From Camelus dromedarius (lineage: Eukaryota), in the NCBI RefSeq assembly GCF_036321535.1, contig NC_087436.1, forward strand, positions 60,018,001 to 60,082,000: a stretch of 64,000 nucleotides of DNA. The letters are read 5' to 3'. The position numbers and the translations under genes are program-made. Positions 54,730 to 64,000 of this stretch are shown here, in pieces; position 1 is the stretch's first letter; the number at the start of each line of letters is the position of its first letter. Under the pieces are notes generated by a model. It did not search any database and had not been told where the DNA came from. It saw nothing but the letters and a program-made list of their open reading frames with translations.

Positions 54730-57700
54730 ATATTTTTTTGACTTTATTTTTTAGAGCATTTTTACGTTCACAACAACACGGAAAGGAAGGTACAGAGGTT
54801 TCCCATATACCCCTAACTGCTAGACATGCAGAGCCTCCCCAATCATCAACACCCTGCATGAAAGCAGTACACTTACAGAATCTACAGGGACACATCATTA
54901 TCATCCAAGGTCCATAGTTTGCATTAGGATCACTGTTGGTGTTGCTCATTCTATGGGCTGGGGTTTGGAAAAATGTATAACATGTATCCATCATTATAGT
55001 ATCACACAGAGTAATTTTACTGCTCTAAAGATCCTCTGTGCCCTGTCTATTAATCCCTTTCTCTCTCCAAATCCTGGCAAACACTGATCTTTTCGTTGTC
55101 TCCATACTTTTGCCTTTTCTGGAATGCCACATATTTGGAGTTGTACAGTACATGGTCTTTCCATATTGGCTTCTTTCAGTTAGTGACATGCGTTTAAATT
55201 TCCTCTATGTCTTTTCATGGCTTGCTAGCTCATTTCTTTTTAGCACTGAGTAATATTCCATTGTCTGGATGTACTAGAGTTTATTTATCTATTCACTGAC
55301 TGAAAAGACATCTCAGTTGCTTCCAAGTTTTACAATTATGAATAAAACTGCTATAAACATTCATATACAGGCTTTTATGTGTTTTCATTTCCTAGGAGCA
55401 TGACTGTTAGATTTTATGGTAAGAGTATGTTTAGTTTTGTAAGAAACTGTCAAACTGTCTTCCAAAGTGGCTGTACCATTTTGCATTCCCACCAGCAATG
55501 AATGAGAGTTCCTGTTGCTTCATATTCTCATTAGCATTTCATATTGTCAGTGTTCTGGATTTTGGCACTGTAATAGATGTGTAAAGGTATTTCATTAATA
55601 TTTTGATTTGCATTTCTCTGATGGTGAAGATGATGTGGAACATCTTTCCATATGCTTACTTGCCACTTGTATATTTTCTTTGATACAGTGTCTGCTCAGG
55701 TTCTTGACCAGATTTTAAATATACAAATTCAGGGAGTTTTATATTTGTGTTTTATGTTTAGGTGTGTGATCCATTTTGAGTTAATTCTTGTGAAGGGGGT
55801 AAGATCTGTGTCTAGATTTATTTTTTGCATGTGTATGTCCAAGTTGTTCCGATACCATTTGTTGAAAAGATTATCTTTTCTCCATTGTATTATCCTTGCT
55901 TCTTTATTAAAGATCAGTAGACTATTTTTATATGGGACTATTTCTGGGCTCTCTATTCTGTTCAGTTAAACTGTTTGTCTGTTCTTCTGCAAACACCACA
56001 CCATCTCATTACTGTGGCTTTGCATTATATTTTGAATATAGAGATGTTAAGCAAAAAAAAATCAAAGTCCCTCCATTTTGATGCATTAAATGTCAGGCAC
56101 ATTTTTCTTCCTAATTGGGTGAGATATTTTTCTCTAAATACACTAATTTCAAGTAAATTAAACATTTTTTCCTAAGAGTAACATTTCTGAAACTATATTA
56201 TAATATTACAATCAGGATATTGATATTTAATTTGTTCAGGTTTCTTATATGATCCAAGATATGGTTATTTTGATGATTGTTTCATAAACACTTCAGGAAA
56301 GAAAAAGTATTCTGGTGTTGTAACTAAATGTTCTATAAATATTAAATAAAACTTGTTGGTTGATTGTGTTTTTCAGATCTTCTACATCCTTGCTGATTTT
56401 CTGTGTTGTAGTTCTGTCGGTTGCTTGTAAGAATGGTGCTGAAGTTCCCAAATGTAATTATGGATTTTCCCATTTCTCCTTTCTGTTGTATCAGTTTTGT
56501 CTCATGTGTATCAAGGCTCTACTGTTGAGGATTAAGTCTTCCTGGCAAATTGTTTTTATGATAAGTGATATTCCTCTTTTTCTCTACTAATTTTCTTTGT
56601 TCTGGAGTCAATTTTATGAGATATTAATATAGCCTTTCCTAATTTTTTACATTAATGTTTGCATATATCTTTATCTATGCTTTTACTTTCAACCTACCTA
56701 TGGTATTATGTTTGAAATGAGTTTCTTGTAGATAGCATGTACTTTGGACACATTTTTTATGCATTCTGTCAATTGCTGTCATTAACTGATGTATTCAGAC
56801 CATTTATACTTAAAGTAATTATTGATATATTAGGGTTTAAGTCTGCCATTTCATTATTTGTTTTGTTTGTTTCTTTAATTACTTATACCTCTGTTTCTCA
56901 TTTTTTGTTTCCCTGTGAGCCACTTAAACATTTTTTTTTTATTACATCTCTTTATAGTGTTTTTGAGTCTATCTTTTTGTGTAATTTCTGAAATGGTTGC
57001 TTTGGGTATTACAGTATACACATGTGACTTAATACATCTATTGGTATTAATGTTTTATTAATGCTTCAAGTGAAATATAGAAATCTCAATTCCATTTAGG
57101 TCCCTTTACCATCCTTACTTTTAAATATAATTGTCTTAAGTATTAGACGGTGGAAATTTTTGTTTTCAGTTATCAAATGTAATGTGGAAAACTCATGAAG
57201 AAAAGGATAGTCAACAACAGTCATATATAATAACACATTTATATCTCTGTTCTTTCTGTTGTTCCTTCTTCCTTTCCGATATTCCAATATTCTTCCTTTA
57301 ACCCTTTCATTAGTATTTGAAAAAGTTCACTTAGCAAATTTTGAAGAGTAGGTTTATTAGTGACAAATTCCTTTAGTTTTGTTTCATCTAAGAATATGTT
57401 TATTTCCCCGTCATTCCTGAAGATCACTTTCATCAGATATAAAATTTGCATCTGTTTTTGTTTATTGGCACTTGAAAAATGATGTGATACTTTCTTCTGG
57501 CCTCAGTGGTTTCAGATGAAAAGTTTGCTGTCATTCTAATAGGTGTTTCCCTATAAATAATGCATAACTTTTCACTGGCTGCTTTCAAGAGTTTATGATG
57601 TGTTTTTTTCTTGGATGTCTTCAGTTTAATATATTTGGGGTACTTTCAGCTTCTTGGATGTGTAGATATGTGTCTTTCTAAAATTTAAAAAGTTTTTAGC

Positions 57701-59180
57701 CATGAACTCTTAAAATATTCTTTCAGGTCTACTTTTTCTCCTTTCTTTCTGTAATGTCAATGATATGAATGTTGGATCTTCTGTTATTGTCCTTCAGGTC
57801 TCCATGGCTATTACTTTTCTTTTTCTTTTTTTTTTAAGCCTATTTTATCTCTGCTTTTCAGATTAAGTAAACTTTATTGACCTGGTCTCTAGTTGACTAA
57901 TTCTATCCTCTGCCATCTCCACTATATTAATGAACCTATTCAACAAGTTTTTTTGGGAGGTGAGGAGGGTTTCGTCCACAAATTTCTGCTACTGTATTTT
58001 CCATTTCTACAATTTCCATTCTAAAACAACTTATAATACAATATTCTAGCATTTTCATGATGGCTGTTTTAAAATCTTGGTCAGATAATTTCAACATCTT
58101 ATGTTGGCATTTCTTGATTGTCTTCTCTCATTTAAATCATAATCTTTCTTTTTCTTATTATAATGGGTGATTTATGATTATATCTTGGGTATTTTGTTTA
58201 CTATGCTAAAAAAAACCCTCTGCAATCTATATAAATCTTTCCACTCTAGCAGGAAGTTGCCTTCTTTAGGTTTAGTGCACAGATCTCTGCTTACATTTTG
58301 GAGCTGTGATTTCAATGACAGTTTAATTTTCAGAGCATTTGCAGTGTTATTTTGATCTTTTTAGTTTATTTGGTGTTTCTGTCTTTGCTGGCAGTGCTTG
58401 AGAAGGCAAAAGATGTTTCCTAGGGCCAGTCACTGGATGTTTCTTGTGCTGATGGAAGGTCTCAGGCCTGCAGGTACAAAGAGGCTTTCTGAGCCAAACA
58501 TTACTGTGGCAGAATCTTCCTGTCAATTTGGGTCAGAAAGTACTTCTCAGGACGTGTGCTGGTTGCGTCAGGATCCCTGCCACAGGTTCCTCTGGGCATC
58601 CATGATGTATCTGGGTGGGGACAAAAGGTCTCAAGCCTGAAGGAAGAACTGTTTTGATGGGATCTCTCTTGCCCATGGTGTGTATTTCCTTGTGGGGTAA
58701 GAGAGTCTCAAGCCTGCATGGACAGAGTCTACTAGAGCTGGGCCAGCTGATGTGCTGGGATCCCTCTGGTGGGTGCCACCTAGCTACACTGTATCTGTCC
58801 ACTGAAGAGGTAAGTCTCACATGCTGCAGAGAAGAAAAGTGCTTCCCTTGGAGTGGTACAGAAAAACAGAGATTGCCATGGTTTTTAGTAGGAACTCTTG
58901 TTTGATCCAAAGGAGGCATACATCTACCTGGGTTGCTTCCTGTTGCTAGGTTTGGATCTATGAAGATTTGGGTCTGGATAACATCTTGCTACTGTGTGAG
59001 AGACTGAAGATGCCATTTCTCTGTGCTGTTCCTCCAGTTCCAGGATATCAAACCAATTTTCCTTCTTACCATCTTTCAGGATTTTCTTCTTCTTACTTCT
59101 TGCATTATCTTCAGAAGTTACAGTCATACTTAGCAGGGAGGAGAAGAAAAAAATAAGTTCACTCCATCTTGCCTAAACTG
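54730..59180 (-). mobile_element. Long degraded L1 (L1MC/L1MD-like): 3'UTR, partial ORF2, ORF1 and GC-richer 5'UTR
   Basis: 3' end 'gactttattttttagagcatttttacgttcaca'. ORF 57239-57451 gives ORF1-like ILYLMKVIFRNDGEINIFLDETKLKEFVTNKPTLQNLL. GC-rich 5'UTR-like region about 58380-59180. Confidence 0.8.
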
Positions 59181-59339
59181 ACAGCTTCTCTGAGTATCTT
59201 TGAACCTTTAAATCTGACAATGTAGGGTTTTTTTTTTTTTGGTTTTTCAAAATTTAAACTCACTCTAGCATGAGATACAGTGCTTGTGGCCCCATAAAGT
59301 TTAATCAATTCTTACCACATTTCTATGTATCTGCTTCAT

Positions 59340-59820
59340 TCCAACCGTATTCTGTGCTACTTGAAACCGCAAATTAATGTAAATCCCATTCCTTATTTTC
59401 TTTAAATTGTACTCCAGGTTTAAGATACAGCTTAAGCAGTCCGCTTCTCAGAGAAGTATCTCCTGACTCCCCATGGCTAAATTAGGCATCCTCTTCTATG
59501 TTCCTCCACTTTACTTTCACAACACCCTCCACTGGTATCACTTCCCAGGATGTCTGATGACAGTTAATATTTCATCAGTTCCTAGAATAGGTCTGCATAT
59601 TGGAGGCTATCAGTATTGTTAAGCAATCACAGATGGTGTTAGTTAAGTATCAGAAATGGCTCTGCAGGAGTGGTAAGCTACACAGAAATTAAATATGATT
59701 AAAGAAACGCATAAATGTTGAAAGTTTTTATGTCACTAAGTGTCTTAACAACACTCTTTTCCTTAATTCTCAAGGCATAGGTTATTACCTCATTTTACAG
59801 ATGAAGAAGAAAGTGATTCA
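59340..59820. mobile_element. L2 (plus) and MIR (minus) fragments
   Basis: 'cttctcagagaagtatctcctgactccccatggctaaattaggcatcctcttctatgttcc'; 'ttattacctcattttacagatgaagaa'. Confidence 0.6.
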
Positions 59821-60849
59821 ATGTTCCTTTTACTACTGCCAGTTACTATCTCCGTATTTTTCAATGAGAAACTAGATTTAGAAATATGAATCACTGTTCA
59901 TAAACTATTATTTTGTACCTTATTTAAAAATAAAGTAAATAGGGTCTTTCCACTGAAAAAGATAAAAAAGCAAAAAGTATAAATGAAAACCAAATGGTTT
60001 CATTTTATGGACAGATCTGTCACAAGATACACACTAACATTTTTATGTATTACAATTAAGTAATTTGTATGCATAATTTCTTATCTAAAGATAAAATATA
60101 GACATAGCACCCAACTCAGAATATGCAAAAGGATATATATATAGAGAGAGAGGGAAAAGTATATTTCATTCCTACTCTTGCCACAGAGAAATTCATTTTT
60201 CTTCCAGAGTCAATCATTGCTACCTCTCTGTTTGTTTTCATTCAATAATATATATAAATATATTCTTTTTTTTTCATTCCCACAAATGGTAGTTGGACAT
60301 ATACACTGAAAAACTTGGGTTTTTTTTCAGTTTGATTAGTATTTTCTGGATGTTATTTTTTTGCTATGTTATTATTACAAGTGGAGTTCTGTTCTATTTG
60401 TATGTGTTCATATTTATTACATTTTATTTCTTCAAGTATGTGATATAATTAGATCTTTCCAATCTTGAGATTGAATTTTTTTTAGAACACAAATCTTTAA
60501 ACACAAATTTTATGTGTTTTCTTATAGCTCTTTTATGGCTTTGGGTTTTGCTTACTCTGTGGAATTAATTTTGGTATAAAATGTGACAAAGGAGAGATAC
60601 AACTTCAATTTTTTTTCTAGATGATACAGTACATCCCAAACTACTTACTGATTTATCTTTGCCCACTGATTACAAATGCTACCTTTATTATATACTGAAA
60701 TGTTCTGTATATTTGGATCTGCTACTTGATTTTTATTTTGTTCATTCATCTAATTGACTACATGCTACAGTATCAAACTTTGATTTCTGTAGCTTTACAA
60801 TGTATTTCTTGATTCAATATGAATTTTATTTAGCTTTAAATTAGTAGTA

Positions 60850-60883
60850 ACAATAATAATGATAATAATAATAATAATAATAA
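60850..60883 (+). repeat. (AAT)n microsatellite
   Basis: Directly visible. Confidence 0.85.
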
Positions 60884-60918
60884 AGGCTTAAGAGCAATTG
60901 GGAAATTTGCCTCAACTC

Positions 60919-61652
60919 TTTTTTTTTTTTAATTGAGTTATAGTCAGTTTACAACGTGTCACTTTCTGGTGTACAGCATAATTCTTCAGTCATACATGAA
61001 TATACATATATTCATTTTTGTATTTTTTCACCATGAGCTACTACAAGATATTGAATATATTTCCCTGTGCTATACAGTATAAACTTGTTTATCTATTTTA
61101 TATATACCAGTCAGTATCTGCAAAGCTCTAACTCACAGTTTATCCCTTCCCACACCCCTCCCCCCTGGCAACCACAAGTCTGTATTCTATGTCTGTGAGT
61201 CTGTTTCTCTTTTATATATATGTTCATTTGTCTTTTTTTTTTTGATTCCATATATGAGTGATATCATATGTTATTTTTCCTTCTCTTTCTGGCTTACTTC
61301 ACTCAGAAAGACATTCTCCAGGGACATCCATGTTGCTGCAAATGGCATTATGTTGTAATTTTTATGGCTAAGTAGTATTCCACTGTATAAATATACCACA
61401 TCTTCTTTATCCAGTCATCTGTTGATGGACATTTAGGTTGTTTCCATGTCTTGGCTATTGTAAATAGTGCTGCTACGAACATTGGTGTGCAGGTGTTTTT
61501 GAATTAGGGTTCCTTCTGGATATATGCCCAGGAGTGGGACTGCTGGGTTATATGGTAAATCTATTTTTAGTCTTTTGAGGAATCTCCATTCTGTTTTCCA
61601 CAATGGCTGCACAAACTGCATTCCCACCAATAGTGTAGGAGGGTTCCCTTTT
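60919..61652 (-). mobile_element. 5'-truncated camelid-type L1
   Basis: Poly(T) at 60919, 3'UTR, ORF2 C-terminal peptide in ORF 61433-61630 (WRFLKRLKIDLPYNPAVPLLGIYPEG). Confidence 0.9.
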
Positions 61653-61938
61653 GTGCTGCCTCTTGAACGCTCTCAGTGCTGCCTCAGCACTGTGGAGTGT
61701 CCAGAAGGCTCAGTTGCTGACTGTGAGTCTTGGGCATGCATGGTCCGTGTTCTCTGAGAACATTTCTGGAAAGAGGTTATTGTTCCAGCATTAGTACTAA
61801 TCTCACCAGTCTTTGATTTTCCTCTTTCACCACATGAAGGACTTCTGTATACTGTTGTTTGTCCAGACAAGGTTCAGCAATTCCACTTTCAAATCTGATA
61901 TTCAGGTCCATCAAGCTCCCTTCAGTTGGGCTAAGTAA

Positions 61939-62108
61939 GCACCTCACACTGGTCAGAGTGGCCACCATTAAGAAGTATACAAATAATAAATGCTGGAGAG
62001 GATGTGGAGAAAAGGGAACCCTCCTGTTGGTGGGAATGTAAACTGGTGCAGCCACTATGGCAAACAGTATGGAGGTCCCTTAAAAAACTAGATATAGAGT
62101 TACTATGC
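61939..62108 (+). mobile_element. Short L1 ORF2 fragment
   Basis: Encodes HLTLVRVATIKKYTNNKCWRGCGEKGTL. Confidence 0.85.
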
Positions 62109-63069
62109 AATATACTTTAAAATTTGTTAGAATAGAATCCCTTTTAATTATTGTAGTTTTATATGCTTTAACATCTGATTGGACTAGTACCTCCTTACTA
62201 TTCTTACTTTTCCAAAGTTTCCTGGCTTATCTTATTTGTTCATTTTCTCCTAAGTGTTATAAATCATCTGTTACAATTCTTTAAAAAACCCAATTGATAT
62301 TTATTGAAATGAAATCAATTTATAGATTAACTTGGAGAAATTTAACATCTTTAAGAAACTGATTCTTCTTATCCAGGATTATGGTCTACTGCTATTACAT
62401 TTCTTCAAGATTTGTGTGTGGGTATACCACAAACATTTCTAATTTTCTTTAAATCATCTTACATATTTAATGTACAGTTTAAGAATTTTATTATTTTTGG
62501 TGCTATTTTCAATGGAGTATTTACTTCCAATTTATCTTCCAAATAGTATTTACTGGAATATAGGAAGGCAATTAAATTATTTCTATTAGTATATTATATT
62601 GCCACATTAATTGAATTCTATTTTGTTTTTGTTTTTATTGTTTTTAAATAACTCTCTTCAGTTTTCTCTGTAAAGAATGATATCATTGGTAAATAATGAT
62701 AATTTTCCTGCTCCCTTTCAAATACTTATTTCTTTATTTCATCAAATTACATTGGCATGTATCTTCAGAACAATGTTAATAATCATGAGTAAGATTACAT
62801 CACTATTTATGTATATGCATATGTATAATATATTGCCTTGTTTCTCTTTGTAATAAGAAACCTCAATTTTTTCCTAAGTATTGCCAGAATTCTAAGAATT
62901 CTCTCATGATTCTGTTGTTACCCTCCCGATAGTCTGTAGGGTTAATCTCTCTCTTTTGCCCATGTACGTATTTCAATGCTCAGTTTACTCTCATCTTCTC
63001 TATGAGACTGCTTTATTCCCTTTACCCTGGAGTGATCCCTCTAACGTGTATTATTTGATATATTAACTT

Positions 63070-63965
63070 ATTCATTAATTCAGTATTGACTGATCATCTA
63101 CTATGTGGCATGCCTGAATGTGCCCTGAATGAGGCAATTTTGTTTTAAAACTTGAAATGACATAGTCTCTATCTTCCAGGAGCTAAAAGTACAATAAGAG
63201 AGCAGAACTGTCTGTCTGTGCATCTTTGGAGACAATATGGAGGAGTGTTTATGATTATGGGCTTTGGATTGAGACAGTTTACCATTTTTAATCCTCACCA
63301 TCTATGGGAACTTGAACAAATTACTTAAGCTCGCTAAGCCTCATTTGCCTCATGTGAATGAAGGATGTGCCTCATAATGGTTTTTATGGTTATACATGAT
63401 GATGCTGGAACAGCTCTGAGCATAGGACCAGAACATAGTGAGAGCTCAATGAATGTTAGTTATTGTTACAATTAATAGAGTTAAACACTATTAGAGGTTC
63501 ACACAATGTGCCCTAGAAGACAAGGAGTTTTTCAGAAAGCATACAGAAACAGTCTGAAAAGAAAATAAGACTATCTGACAGATAAGTGTAGAGAATTCTA
63601 AAGAAGGAAGTTTTATAAAGGAAGAAAAAGCATAGATGAGGTAATAGGCGTATATAAATAAGAGGATGGCATGCTGAGAAATGAAAGATACTTCAGTAAA
63701 ATTAGAGACCAGTACCAGGAAACAAGCTGGGAAAGTGGACTCTAGAATCATATGCTACAGTTTCCATTCTATTTTTTAAGCAATGACTCACATATGCTTT
63801 TGTTTAACTACTTTACTATTTCATTATTTCTAATATCTTCTGACTACTAAGACTATATGACTAGAAATCTAAAGAGTAGACTTTCTATATTTCACATTTA
63901 CTTTGCCAAATATCTACCTTAGTGCTTTGCATACATTAATATCTGTTGAATGAACAAATGAAAGT
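63070..63965. mobile_element. L2 and MIR fragments (L2 minus about 63070-63200, MIR plus about 63230-63470, L2 3' end plus about 63830-63965)
   Basis: MIR 'cttgaacaaattacttaagctcgctaagcctcatttgcctcatgtgaatg...gagctcaatgaatgttagttatt'; L2 tail 'atatctgttgaatgaacaaatgaa'. Confidence 0.7.
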
Positions 63966-64000
63966 ATAATATATGATTTAAAAGAATAAAGTTATGCCTA

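Larger units (their letters stand above)
60050..62860 (-). mobile_element. Ancient L1ME-like element split by younger insertions (about 60050-60815 and 62120-62860)
   Basis: Antisense ORF2 text 'tttgcccactgattacaaatgctacctttattatatac' and 'ttatagattaacttggagaaatttaacatcttta'. Confidence 0.6.
14364..64000 (-). other. CCSER1: CCSER1 intron upstream of the 94-nt exon
   Basis: No other recognisable CCSER1 exon; repeat-rich, AT-rich DNA; CCSER1 is known to have very large introns. Confidence 0.75.

Noticed and set aside
58398..59156. Cluster of overlapping ORFs in GC-richer DNA
   Set aside because: Falls in the 5'UTR region of the degraded L1; higher GC explains the longer frames.
1..64000. CRISPR arrays, operons, rRNA or other prokaryotic/phage systems
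   Set aside because: The sequence is mammalian intron; no regularly spaced repeats, long ORFs or structured RNA genes were seen.

Overview
AT-rich mammalian genomic DNA, very probably camelid (a Vic-1-type tRNA-derived SINE and young camelid-type L1 3' ends). The window lies inside the very large gene CCSER1 (FAM190A), transcribed on the minus strand. One clear coding exon is present: 94 nt at 14270-14363, encoding DVLNNLGSCELDEDDLMLDLEFLEEQNLRPS. The rest is intron filled with L1, L2, MIR, MaLR/ERV LTRs and microsatellites, and almost all ORFs in the supplied track are spurious or repeat-derived. I see no prokaryote-type system and no new intact gene. Most worth a second look: (i) a degraded two-LTR provirus with LTR40-like (class III) LTRs carrying a gamma-type env TM remnant; (ii) a TSD-bounded L1 that jumps from the end of ORF1 to the end of ORF2; (iii) a candidate in-frame alternative last exon of CCSER1 about 3 kb upstream of the known exon; (iv) unexplained DNA captured between or inside L1 fragments; (v) a CpG-retaining solo LTR with NRF1-like and TATA motifs pointing antisense to CCSER1. 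Repeat family names are from recalled consensus sequences, and boundaries of old repeats are approximate.
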